Assembly (NCBI GenBank): GCA_946965045.2
Contig: OX337228.1
Location: forward strand, 5,456,001 to 5,520,000
Direction: 5' to 3'
From: Epithemia pelagica
Lineage: Eukaryota > Protista > Bacillariophyta
Length of the DNA stretch: 64,000 nucleotides
A program made the position numbers and the translations under genes. A model generated the notes under the pieces. The model did no database searches. It was not told where the DNA came from and worked only from the letters and a program-made list of their open reading frames with translations. Below, piece by piece: positions 53,014 to 62,740 of the stretch (position 1 is the stretch's first letter; every line of letters starts with the position of its first letter).

Positions 53014-55395
53014 TTATTCATAATACTTTGCTCTTGATGCATTAAGTTCGGCCTTCTTTTTCTCCCAGTCGTCGAAGGCAGAGTAGTCAAATTCTTCGCC
53101 TTCTTTATACTGGCTATAAAATGCCTCTCCAGGATTTTCTCGGGTAGCAACACATGACTTCATTGTCTTGATAGCTTCTTGAACCAAATCTCGATAGTTC
53201 TGTTTTGGGGCCTTTTCTGGTGTGATTTTCTCTTTTCGAAAGTTTCCATCGAATACTCCATAGAATCTGTTGTTCCTCCGAATCCCACGCATCATCTCAT
53301 CCAACACAACACGAGGAACGCCATTTTTATCCAAGTATTCAATATCCTCTTCGGTTGTATACTTTTGCCAATTGACCATTTCATCCTCCAGCTCTTCTAC
53401 GGGGCGCACGGATCTGGTCTCAGGGGCTGTGTCATAGTTAGGAATTACGCGATCTTGACAGAGGAAGAGTTGTGATAATTCATCTCCAATCATCATTTTC
53501 CCATCCTGGCAACTATTGAGACAAGCCTCTGCTTCCTCTGGCTCTTCAAACCCAATATAGGCCATTCCAAGAATAGGCTCCCCTGTGAGTTCACACTTCA
53601 CAAATTCAATCGAGCTCAGGGCTCGTCGGCGCTTTGGAGAATACTTTTGAAAAAATTCAGTGAGGTATTTTTGATACATGACATCTGGATCCAAACCACG
53701 AACTTGAAGTGCACTAGCGTGAGAAATGTAGAACTGTTTTGAAGGCATGTGGATACCGTCCACCATCAACTTGTTTGCGTTCACTCGAATTTGTTCCTTC
53801 GTATCCTTACGCTCAAAACCCCAGTGCTTCAACGCTCGACGAGCACGAAGAAACTTAACTTGATACGTCCCGATTGCCTTCATTCGATCCTGAAACAGGG
53901 ACGACTCGAGAATCGACTTGACTTTTTCAGCCGAAGAAAAACGGACTAATGCACTGTTTCGCGAAAGAATGTGCACATCTTCCGCCTTCAGCGTTCCGTA
54001 GACTTGTTCGAGTTCCGAGTCCTTTGGAATGATGGATTTGGCCAATGATGAAGATGTGATGCCAAGGGGCAAATTCGTTAAATGGATCATACAGTCTGGC
54101 GAGGATCCTTGATCGACAAATTCTTGAAGAGGTGCCTTCATTTCGACAAAAAAGTCAGGGTCGTATTTCTGGAGATGCGGAACCAGCGTTAGAACCTTTT
54201 CCTTGGGTCCATCTTTCAGAATATTCGCCAGATGCCGGGGCGCGTGGTAACCGACAAATGCTGACGTTCTGTTTGCTACAAACACTTGCGTGGAATCAAC
54301 CCCGACCAAGCTAGCAACTGTCTGCTCAAGTACGCTCCGGTCAACGGGGTTTCCAACGTCACCAAGCTTCCCGTCGATGGTTAACGGCGGCAAGCCTGTG
54401 ACGTACAAGAAACGCTTGTGAGAGTCCAGAAATTCCTTCGGTGGCTGCATGAGCTCCTTGCGATGTTCCTTAAACATTGGAATTGGTTCCCGTTTCGAGT
54501 TTGGGTGTTCGAATTTCCACGTAACTGAAGCATAATCAGTTGGGTGCTCATGCATGGCCGAAACAAAATCTTCGACGCCACCTCTTCCTAACGTGGGGGC
54601 CAAGGGCAAGACCATCTCTCGGAACTCTTTGTCCTGCAGAGACTCCGTTTTGAACCATGAGTCATCTTTTTTTATGACTTCAAAAATATCGTTTTCTGCG
54701 TCAAAGAATCTCTTTTCGGGATCCATTGCCTCCTCTTTTTGGTTTGACTGAGCCATTTTCTCCATGAGTTTTTTCTCTGTATATTTTGCTTGACCCATGA
54801 AATCTCCAGTCTGTTCATGATTCGTTTCTTCTGCATTATCGTTAGTGCTATCCACACCATTTCCACCACTTTCATCGCCTGCGGGTTCCCCGTACGCAGC
54901 CGGTGAGAAGATTGGCGTTTCATCTTCTCGGCTGACTAACCAGTCTGGCGGCTGCTCCATGAGATCCGCCTCCGTGTATTTGACTGTAAACTTTCCGTCT
55001 TTATCGAAAAGTTCAGAAAAGTCGTCTTCTGGTTTGAACCAAACATCGTAATCTTCTTCGTTCCACCAGTACTTTTTGTCGTCCCACAATTCATCCAGAG
55101 CGAAGTACTCGTCGTCTTGAGACAAAAATTTGGGACGTCCATCAGGACCCTCCGGAGTAGTGTCAAGAAATATTTGTTTACTAGTGTCTTGTTGTTCTGG
55201 TTGATCTCGCCTTCGAGGCCCGCGATATCGTTGACGAGGTTCTGATGAGAATTCGCGATGGCTTTCATCCCAACAACGTAGTGGTCGGCGTGATTGTGAT
55301 GTAACAGCTACGGAAAACGTCAACCGCATGCTTTTCGGTCTCGTAATCAATCCACTAGACCGACATCGGAGAGGTTGAAAGCGACGAGCCCACAT
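53014..55395 (-). CDS. Putative mitochondrion-targeted protein with degenerate RRM-like domains
   Basis: Arg-rich presequence MWARRFQPLRCRSSG...REFSS (ATG at 55395). RNP-like segments FLYVTGLPP, IHLTNLP, ALVRFSS, LQVRGL, GMAYIGFEEPEEAEACL. Confidence 0.65.
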   Translation of the reverse strand: MWARRFQPLRCRSSGLITRPKSMRLTFSVAVTSQSRRPLRCWDESHREFSSEPRQRYRGPRRRDQPEQQDTSKQIFLDTTPEGPDGRPKFLSQDDEYFALDELWDDKKYWWNEEDYDVWFKPEDDFSELFDKDGKFTVKYTEADLMEQPPDWLVSREDETPIFSPAAYGEPAGDESGGNGVDSTNDNAEETNHEQTGDFMGQAKYTEKKLMEKMAQSNQKEEAMDPEKRFFDAENDIFEVIKKDDSWFKTESLQDKEFREMVLPLAPTLGRGGVEDFVSAMHEHPTDYASVTWKFEHPNSKREPIPMFKEHRKELMQPPKEFLDSHKRFLYVTGLPPLTIDGKLGDVGNPVDRSVLEQTVASLVGVDSTQVFVANRTSAFVGYHAPRHLANILKDGPKEKVLTLVPHLQKYDPDFFVEMKAPLQEFVDQGSSPDCMIHLTNLPLGITSSSLAKSIIPKDSELEQVYGTLKAEDVHILSRNSALVRFSSAEKVKSILESSLFQDRMKAIGTYQVKFLRARRALKHWGFERKDTKEQIRVNANKLMVDGIHMPSKQFYISHASALQVRGLDPDVMYQKYLTEFFQKYSPKRRRALSSIEFVKCELTGEPILGMAYIGFEEPEEAEACLNSCQDGKMMIGDELSQLFLCQDRVIPNYDTAPETRSVRPVEELEDEMVNWQKYTTEEDIEYLDKNGVPRVVLDEMMRGIRRNNRFYGVFDGNFRKEKITPEKAPKQNYRDLVQEAIKTMKSCVATRENPGEAFYSQYKEGEEFDYSAFDDWEKKKAELNASRAKYYE

Positions 55396-55481
55396 GGTAC
55401 GATGGTGCTGAACGGCTGCAGGGTGCAGCACCACAGGGATCTTTATTTTTATTTTATGGTTCTATGTAGTGGTTTGTGGTG

Positions 55482-58400
55482 CTAAGCGGCCGAACCGCAT
55501 AGTAAGTGGGGCGTTTCTTCTCGGGGGAAGAATGTGGCTATTGGGAATGGAGTGTACAGGGGTGGTTGTGGGGCGAATCCTTGTTGTGTTAACCTTGCCC
55601 GCTGGGTTTTCTGGTATCTGCTTTCATATTCTTGGTTGCGTAGCGCCGAAATTTGTTTGTTTAGATGTTTGGCCAAGGACGTTACTAGGGCGTGTCCAAG
55701 TGACGCCTTTGCGTAATGTCCTATCGAGTGGATGTGTGCTTCGTCGTATCGAAATCTTGGTGATCGTTTGGTGGCTTTGTTGGCGATGTTGTTTGGAGCG
55801 TATTCGATTTCCTGGTAGAGGTCAAAGGCGGCGGTGTGTTGTTTGCTTCTTGAGGGTGACCGTCCGAAGTGTGCATCTGGCCATTGTGGTGGGATGGCCG
55901 AGGAGAATTCGTGTGGTAAGTCGTCCTGGTGGAAGAGAAGGCGCTGGGCGAAGGATCCAAGGGATCCGAGATGATCAACGGTAAACGGGATCAAATATAC
56001 TCCGTTTGCAAGAAGGTGTTTTGCTGTGTTGTCGTCATGGCAGAATTTCGAACGGGCTGCTTCCTGGTGCGGTCTGGAGGCTGCATGGCCAAGGGCACTG
56101 TTATCGACCGGGACGGGAAGTGGTGTTCGAGCATGAGGGGGCGGGATGGTGACATCGATGGCCACATAGTTGAAGGGTTCGTTCTTCTGTGGTTGTTTCA
56201 ACAACAATCCAACGTCGGCTGGTCTCACATTTCTTGTGTGTTGTGGGGCCAAACCGGGAGGTTCAATGTGGACGTCCTTGCAGTCCTCTACGTAGCCGGC
56301 CCCGGGTGCCAGGCGGGAGAGGAGGTCGTAGACGGTGTCCCTTACTGCATTGGAGAGGGCCGTCTTCGGAGCCATGCTGCATGAAAAAAGATGATCGCCC
56401 TGTGGGTCTAGGGTGGGACAGGAGGGGCATCGGCATTTCCCTCGGAGGTGGTCTGGGAGGACTGGAAGGCGGAGCTTGCGTCGCAGGGCGGTGAGAAACA
56501 GGTTGTTGGGGATTCGGAAGTGTTCGGCCGTGCGTGGGAGGTGAAGGGCTAGGCTTGTGAGTGGTGACAGGGCTGAAGGGAGACTGGGGAGCAGTTCTGG
56601 TGGTGTGGCAGAGAGGAGGGATGGGACGAGGTGTTCCACCAGAGTGTGGTGGGCCAGTTGGTGGTGTGTGTTCTTGTCGTACAGGTCGGTGTTCGTTAGT
56701 GGGGCCGGAGCAAGCTCGTGGGTGTAGAGTGCAAGGGAGCGACGGAAAGCCTGGAACCACGGGAGTTCACTGTGTTGCCAATCGGTGAAAGCAGCCTTGT
56801 GTGTGGGGGGTACTGGCCAGTCCTTGGAGGAGGCCAGTTTGATGGATCTCACTGTTTGTGTCAATAGACGTGGTCGAGCGCTGGCTGCCGGGCTGTGGTA
56901 ACCCAGTCCTCCAAGGCGGTTTGGAAGGGCGGCCATGATTGTGGTCATGGTTGTGATTTGGTGTGCCGGTGTGGACGTGATCTTGGCTAGGAATGCAGCA
57001 ATCAAACCGTCCGCCTGGGTAGTGGTGGGACTGTCCCAAAGGGTGGTGGTTGCCTCGTTGGAAGGGTGTGCGAGGACCATGTCTGTGGGCAGCAAATGCA
57101 GGATCGACGGTACGAGCGAGTACCGGAAAAGGTGACTTTGCGTTTGTAGGTCCGTGAGCTCGGTGAGCAGGTCTACGTTTTGTTGCATTTGGGTGAGTCT
57201 CTTTTGGATGTATTGGCGCGCAAAAGCTTGGGAGCCGACCGGTTGGCCAAGGAACCTGGTTCCCGTGGTGATTTCCGCGGCCGTTCGGTTTCCAGGGTTG
57301 AGGTGTCGGAGGGCATCGTAGAGGTGTTGTTGCGCCTGTGTTGGTAGGTATCCGTCGGTTGTGGCGGTGATGGCGGTTGTTGTGGTTAGGATTTGTGTTT
57401 TTGCTTTGTTCAGTTGGACTCCGAGCGGTGCGCCGAGTTCTTCGAAACGGGCCAGAAACCACGGTAAGTCTTCGTGTGGCAGGCAAATGGATGTGTCGTC
57501 CATTATGGAAGCTGTGTGTGCTTGTCCGCCTTTGCCATCGTCATGTGCGTCCCCTGCTTTCTTCCGGCGGAGAGCGCGTTGGAGTTGTTCTTTATTGATC
57601 TGTATGGTCACGGTGAGGAGGACCAGGCAGGAGAATAATGGGCTCAGTGGGCATCCTTGTGGGAAGCCTTCGTCTTGGAGGAGTTTGTCGGCCTCTCCCT
57701 TGTCGTTGAAGAACCAAGAGGGTGTTTGTGTTTGCGTCAAGAGGTCGTACAGGGGAAGAAGGGGTGTCGTTTCTACGCGAGAGGCCAGTATTCGCCGTGC
57801 CTCTGTTCGTGACGTGTTGTTGAACATGTTGTGGAGGTCCAGGCACACCAAAGCTCTTGTTGGTGTTTGGGGTAGCTCAATGTATTTTGCCACTTCGTTG
57901 GTTGTTGTTTGCGCCACGAAGTCAATCCCTCCTGGGATTTGGATCCCATACTGGCCGCCGCTGAGCAAGAGCGGCGTGATTTGGTCGGTGATGTGTGTGA
58001 GGGCGATTTTGGCGGCGACGCGCCGCAAACCGGTGCCGATGCCGATGGGTCTTAGGCGATGGAGTTTGTTTGGGTCCTTGTGGAGGGCAAGGAAGTAGTT
58101 GCTCCCCAGGAGTTGGTGGACGAAAGTCGGAACTTGGGCGGTGAGGATGAGCTGGAACAGGGCTTGGAGGTTGTGTCGGTATGGCCGTGTTGCCGTGGCA
58201 GCTCTGGTGGTGCGGTGTAGCGCCATTTCGACAATGGCGTCCGTGCAGGTGGCGAAGGGGCCCGATGCCGTGCCTCGTTTCATTTGTCGCATGGCAAGGT
58301 CAAACAGGTCTGGGTCGATGTGGATGTAGTTTTCTTCTGGTGGTGGTCGGTCTGGCTGGTTGCCGCGGTTCCTTGTTGTTGTTGGCGGTGGTTCCCGTCT

Positions 58401-59363
58401 CGCCGGGAACAGATCTTGTTTTATGGCGGCAATGCGTTCGGGCGTGAGTGTGGCGGTGGGCATGTGGGAGGTGAGCCGGGAGTAGGCGGTGGAGTAGTTG
58501 CCGAGGTCCGCGGCTCGTTGCGCGGCTGCCAGGCGGCTGGGATGAATGGGTCCGCCTTGGAGGTGTTGTCTGGTGTGTTGTTGTCGTTGTTTTTTCTTGT
58601 TGTTGCCGGTTGTTGTTCGCTTGCTGGTGGAGGTTGCTGGCGGTGGTTGTGACCATACCAAATGGTGCAGTTCTTCGATGCGTCCGGCCTTTAGCAGGGC
58701 GTTTCTTGCTCGGAAGGCTTCGGCGTGGGTGGTGTGTCCTGTTGTTTCAGGTGGCGCCAAGAGCATGGGTTCAAGAAGGAGGAGGAGTTTCCAGAAGGGA
58801 CTTGCTTCCACGAGGGCTGCCGGTGGTTTCGTTTCTCGGATGATGGAGTCTTGGAGTTTCGGTGTGGCCTTGAGGATCCATTGCACGGTGTTGTTGTAGG
58901 TGACGTAAAAGGCTTTCTTGGTTGGATGTTTGAGGTTGTGCCATACGCTGCGTCGAAACGGGGGCGGTGTTGGGTCAAGTTGGTGAAGGAAGGCGAGGCC
59001 CGTCTTCCACTGCGTTGCTATGTGAGGATCATCGTGTCGGTACGTGTGGAGGACAAGGTCCAAGTTGTTCTCTTTTCTAGTATGTTTATTTTCGTGGTGG
59101 TTGTGTAAGTGGCCCTCGGTGGTGAAAATGGCGGTTGGTTTGTTGCAGGTGTGGCAGACATGGAGGCCGTGTTGTTGACAGAAGGAGTGGGATAGATATG
59201 TGGACGGTCGTGTTTCTCCGTGTGCTTCGATGAGGTGTTGTTTTAGTTGGAGGGTTTGTGTGTGTTTGTTTTGGTTGCGTGACTGGTGTGTTGGTGGGTC
59301 GGGCCGCCATGGACAATGGGGGACGGGGCATGCCCGGAGGGTGGGTCGCCGTAATGTACTCAT
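55482..59363 (-). CDS. Retrotransposon ORF2: C2H2-type zinc fingers, reverse transcriptase, CCHC + RLE endonuclease
   Basis: CPVPHCPW...HLIEAH and CHTCNK...HLHNHH fingers. RT motifs LRPIGIG, DLHNMFN, GFPQGCPLSPLLF, SIMDD, LNKAKT, FLGQPVG. C-terminal CRCPSC...GDHLFSC and RPAD...AIDVT. The in-frame ORF extends to ATG 59480; ATG 59363 is preferred because it overlaps the ORF1 stop. Confidence 0.92.
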   Translation of the reverse strand: MSTLRRPTLRACPVPHCPWRPDPPTHQSRNQNKHTQTLQLKQHLIEAHGETRPSTYLSHSFCQQHGLHVCHTCNKPTAIFTTEGHLHNHHENKHTRKENNLDLVLHTYRHDDPHIATQWKTGLAFLHQLDPTPPPFRRSVWHNLKHPTKKAFYVTYNNTVQWILKATPKLQDSIIRETKPPAALVEASPFWKLLLLLEPMLLAPPETTGHTTHAEAFRARNALLKAGRIEELHHLVWSQPPPATSTSKRTTTGNNKKKQRQQHTRQHLQGGPIHPSRLAAAQRAADLGNYSTAYSRLTSHMPTATLTPERIAAIKQDLFPARREPPPTTTRNRGNQPDRPPPEENYIHIDPDLFDLAMRQMKRGTASGPFATCTDAIVEMALHRTTRAATATRPYRHNLQALFQLILTAQVPTFVHQLLGSNYFLALHKDPNKLHRLRPIGIGTGLRRVAAKIALTHITDQITPLLLSGGQYGIQIPGGIDFVAQTTTNEVAKYIELPQTPTRALVCLDLHNMFNNTSRTEARRILASRVETTPLLPLYDLLTQTQTPSWFFNDKGEADKLLQDEGFPQGCPLSPLFSCLVLLTVTIQINKEQLQRALRRKKAGDAHDDGKGGQAHTASIMDDTSICLPHEDLPWFLARFEELGAPLGVQLNKAKTQILTTTTAITATTDGYLPTQAQQHLYDALRHLNPGNRTAAEITTGTRFLGQPVGSQAFARQYIQKRLTQMQQNVDLLTELTDLQTQSHLFRYSLVPSILHLLPTDMVLAHPSNEATTTLWDSPTTTQADGLIAAFLAKITSTPAHQITTMTTIMAALPNRLGGLGYHSPAASARPRLLTQTVRSIKLASSKDWPVPPTHKAAFTDWQHSELPWFQAFRRSLALYTHELAPAPLTNTDLYDKNTHHQLAHHTLVEHLVPSLLSATPPELLPSLPSALSPLTSLALHLPRTAEHFRIPNNLFLTALRRKLRLPVLPDHLRGKCRCPSCPTLDPQGDHLFSCSMAPKTALSNAVRDTVYDLLSRLAPGAGYVEDCKDVHIEPPGLAPQHTRNVRPADVGLLLKQPQKNEPFNYVAIDVTIPPPHARTPLPVPVDNSALGHAASRPHQEAARSKFCHDDNTAKHLLANGVYLIPFTVDHLGSLGSFAQRLLFHQDDLPHEFSSAIPPQWPDAHFGRSPSRSKQHTAAFDLYQEIEYAPNNIANKATKRSPRFRYDEAHIHSIGHYAKASLGHALVTSLAKHLNKQISALRNQEYESRYQKTQRARLTQQGFAPQPPLYTPFPIATFFPREETPHLLCGSAA

Positions 59364-62300
59364 AGGGCCCCTTGGCCCTTGGAAGCATGCGGGACCACAT
59401 GGCCGGTGCGGGGGCCGGCGACGGGGGAAGGGGACGACGTGGGGCGTGGCCTCTGCACTAGTCGTTCTGCGTATTCCCATACGTCTTGCGCGTCTGTGTC
59501 CGTGCTGAAGGACGTAATCCCGTCCAGATATTGTTCCAGGACGGGCAGTTGTTGCTCATTGTTCGAGGCGACAAAGTCAATGATTTGTCGGAGTTCCTCG
59601 GTCGTGTGTTGCGAGTTCCATTGCTGGAATAGCGGGCGTGAACTGTCGGACGGGTCGGAGACGTTGTCCCATTCGTCTGGAACGTCCATGTCCTCCATGT
59701 CGACGTCTGTGGGGCGATCGTTGTATCTGTCTCTGTCCTCCTCGTACTCTGCCTCGGGGTTGTCGTCGTATTGCAGGGGCGCGTATTGGTTGGAGGACGT
59801 GTTGCTTGTGTCTGATGGTGGCGCTCTCGGTGCTGGGGACGACGTAGCTTCTGCCACTTTCTTCCAGTCCGTGCCGTCGTCGTATGGGTCGTCTTCGGTG
59901 TCGTCGGCATTGCTGGCGTCGTTTTGGTTGCTGTGGTGGTTGTCTTGGTTCGGCCGTTTCCTCGGTGGTGGTGCGCCTGGTGATGTGGATCGGGCTCTCG
60001 TTTCCCGTGTGTTGTTGTTCTCGTCGTCGTCGACTGTTGTGGGGTGTGCTTTCTTGACGATTCTCCGTGTGAGATCGAGGAGGCGGGACGTGTGGTTGGC
60101 TTGGATTGGTTGGTGGTCGTTGGAGGTGTTGTTGCGTGGCGGTGGGGCCGCTGCTGTGACCGAGGCCATGGTTTGTCGTAGTAAGTTTCGTGGGAACCCG
60201 GGGTACTGGCGAATGGTTGTCGTGTTGAGATGGAGGGTATCCGGAGTACGGAGGAGGTAAAGTACAAAAGCAATCGGCTGTTGTTCATGGTGGCAAAACT
60301 CGGGAAAGGCCGCTTGGTAGTTTTCCATTTGTGTCAGCTGTTCCCACTCTTCGTCGTCAGCGAGGTCGTTGAGGGGGAAGAGGCGAATGCGGACGCTTGC
60401 GGAGAAGTATTGGTCCAGTTCACGGAGTGCTTCCAGTGTCGTGGTACGTTGTTGTTGTGTTTTAGGCACTGGGATCAACTGGATGATGTTGTCGCGCCAG
60501 CGGAGGTCGTTGTTGGCCGTTGCTTTGTGGAGCTCATTGTATGCACGGAGAATGGTCTCGAACATGCGTTTGGAGGACGCCGAGATGTAGGTGACAGGGA
60601 CAGTGCCGCGTTGTTTGGATTTGAAGTCGCCGCTGAAATTGCCGTCGCGGCATCCGATGTGTTTGTGAAAGTCGTCCGACATTTGGAGGTGTGTTGGGAG
60701 GAAGCCTAGGAGTTGGTCGTGGATGGCGTCCGTGAGGTCGATGTATCCTCTTTTGTGTTTGATCGCGCTGGCCGGGATGCCAACGATGATACCGTGTGTC
60801 TCACATGTTCTGTTGTTGCAGGCAGGGGCGTAAATGTCGATGTCCTTGTATCTTGGGTTTACCGTGGGGTTGGACTGCTGCGATCCGTGACGGAGAATCT
60901 GTTGCAGGCCGTGGTTGTCGTTGCGGAAATCATCCCGGTGATGTTTATGCCACATTTGCGTGACGAACCGGATGCCTTGCTCCTGAAATACCTCGGTGTC
61001 GAAGGCGTCATTGATGGGGGCGGGGCGGAGCGTAAGGTGGAAGGAAGACGTGTATCCGCGCCCTCCTCGTTCGTTATTGTTGTTGTTTCGGTTGTTGCTG
61101 TTTCGCGGTGGTTGTTTTGTTTCCAGGAACTCGACCCTGTGCACTTCCAGCATCATTGGTTCTTCCCGGCATCGGTGGTGTTGCAGCACTCGGTGGATGT
61201 GTTGCTTTAAGGTGGTTTCCGTGACCCGTGGGAGTCGCGACTCTTCTTGGTGGTTCGCTTTGTGGCGCACCACCAGTGTAAGGTGGATGGTTGCCGGTGG
61301 GTCCGTTGTTTTGGGGCGTTTCGGTGTTGCCCTGTATGGGTTGATGGTGGTCTCCGTGGTTGCCTCCATGGTGTCGTTGGTGCCGTCCTGGTTTTCCGCC
61401 CTGTCTTGGGTGTTGTCCTGTTCGTCATTTTTGGGCGTGGCATTGTCCTGGTTGTCGCTGTCCCTGTTGTCGTTATCGTTGGGCTCCGTGGGTTGGTTGC
61501 CGTCTCGGCCTTCCATGTACGGGACTTGGTTGTCCTCCCTATTGGGAGGGGTGGAGGTGTTGTGGGAGTAACGAAGCATTGCCTCCTGTGTGTTTTCGGT
61601 CGCATGGTTGAAGATCCTGGTCGTTGCGGTGGTGGCGGCCAATGTGCTGGAGCGTCGGCCGGACAGGGACGGTGGGGATGAAAGACGTGGCTCCGAGGTC
61701 TGGATGGTGTCGTCCTGGGTGGTGGTTTGGTTGGTGTCGTCGAGGGTGGTGTCTGGGCTGTTTTTGTTGTTTTTGGTGGTTTCCGTGGGCGTGTTTTCTT
61801 TTTTGTCTTTTTTGTCGGTGTTTTTGTTGTTGTTGTGGTGGTCAGGGGTGATGGGGTTGGACGTGTCCGAGGATTGGGAGCAGGGAGGGTTAAACGACGG
61901 CTTGGGTTGGTTGGCTTCCGGGTCGCCGCGGTTACCGAGCATGGTGGCTGCCTTTGCACGGGTGAGAAGGGCGTGGTTGCGTGGAGCAGTGGTGCGTTTG
62001 GTGGACGGCGGTGGCTTCGTTGCGTTGGTGGCGGCGAACTTGGAGTGGGCTTGCATGGTCGCTGTTTTGCAGGGGGCTTGGTTGTTGCTGGCGAAGTTTT
62101 CGTTCTGGCGGGTACTCAGTGGCGAGGCGAACTTTTCCGACACTGTGAGTGGAGATCGTTGGGCTGCTTCATTTTGTTTGGCGACGGGGTGGTTGTGGCG
62201 ATGATGACGTGGCTTGGACTCTTCTGTTGCTGAGTGGTGGTGACGGCGCCAATCGACGACGTGTCGGTTTCCGTTTCTGTCGGTCTGTGTCCCGGTTGTC

Positions 62301-62740
62301 TGGGTGGACGGTGGGGTGGCATGGTGGTGTTCGTGGCGAGTAGTTGTGGTTGGCTGTCCTTCGAAGGAGTTGGCGGTGTCGGTGTCGATGACGACGTGTT
62401 TGTGGGGTTGTTGGTGTCGATTCTGCTGGGTGGCGCTTGGTCGGCCATCCGTGTGCTTCCCTTTTGGCGTGGAGGCGGTGTGGGGTGGCTGGTTGGTGGC
62501 CATGGCGTGGCGGTGTTGTCCTTGTTGCGGAGGTGTGCCTTTTCTGTTTTTGGTTTTGTTTCGTCGATTTGGGAGTATGTCCATGGTGAAGGTGAGGTTC
62601 GCCTGGCTGCGAGCGGGGCGACGGTGTACCAGCGGGGGTGCTGTCACCGAGGCGGGCGAGGTGAATCGTGTCATGGCCGTTGGCAGTTGTTTGCAGGAAA
62701 GTGCCGGTGCGTGCCAAGGCGGGTCCGCGTCCGCCGCCAT
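59360..62740 (-). CDS. Retrotransposon ORF1 (1126 aa; low-complexity termini, central globular region of unknown family)
   Basis: Intact ORF directly upstream of ORF2, same strand and same C/A-rich composition. Its TGA overlaps the ORF2 ATG. Confidence 0.85.
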   Translation of the reverse strand: MAADADPPWHAPALSCKQLPTAMTRFTSPASVTAPPLVHRRPARSQANLTFTMDILPNRRNKTKNRKGTPPQQGQHRHAMATNQPPHTASTPKGKHTDGRPSATQQNRHQQPHKHVVIDTDTANSFEGQPTTTTRHEHHHATPPSTQTTGTQTDRNGNRHVVDWRRHHHSATEESKPRHHRHNHPVAKQNEAAQRSPLTVSEKFASPLSTRQNENFASNNQAPCKTATMQAHSKFAATNATKPPPSTKRTTAPRNHALLTRAKAATMLGNRGDPEANQPKPSFNPPCSQSSDTSNPITPDHHNNNKNTDKKDKKENTPTETTKNNKNSPDTTLDDTNQTTTQDDTIQTSEPRLSSPPSLSGRRSSTLAATTATTRIFNHATENTQEAMLRYSHNTSTPPNREDNQVPYMEGRDGNQPTEPNDNDNRDSDNQDNATPKNDEQDNTQDRAENQDGTNDTMEATTETTINPYRATPKRPKTTDPPATIHLTLVVRHKANHQEESRLPRVTETTLKQHIHRVLQHHRCREEPMMLEVHRVEFLETKQPPRNSNNRNNNNNERGGRGYTSSFHLTLRPAPINDAFDTEVFQEQGIRFVTQMWHKHHRDDFRNDNHGLQQILRHGSQQSNPTVNPRYKDIDIYAPACNNRTCETHGIIVGIPASAIKHKRGYIDLTDAIHDQLLGFLPTHLQMSDDFHKHIGCRDGNFSGDFKSKQRGTVPVTYISASSKRMFETILRAYNELHKATANNDLRWRDNIIQLIPVPKTQQQRTTTLEALRELDQYFSASVRIRLFPLNDLADDEEWEQLTQMENYQAAFPEFCHHEQQPIAFVLYLLRTPDTLHLNTTTIRQYPGFPRNLLRQTMASVTAAAPPPRNNTSNDHQPIQANHTSRLLDLTRRIVKKAHPTTVDDDENNNTRETRARSTSPGAPPPRKRPNQDNHHSNQNDASNADDTEDDPYDDGTDWKKVAEATSSPAPRAPPSDTSNTSSNQYAPLQYDDNPEAEYEEDRDRYNDRPTDVDMEDMDVPDEWDNVSDPSDSSRPLFQQWNSQHTTEELRQIIDFVASNNEQQLPVLEQYLDGITSFSTDTDAQDVWEYAERLVQRPRPTSSPSPVAGPRTGHVVPHASKGQGAL

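Noticed and set aside
55482-59480. LTR element, group II intron, retron or DGR interpretation of the RT
   Set aside because: No LTRs, protease, integrase or RNase H; no intron structure or TR/VR pair. The CCHC + RLE C-terminus and A-rich tail indicate a non-LTR element.
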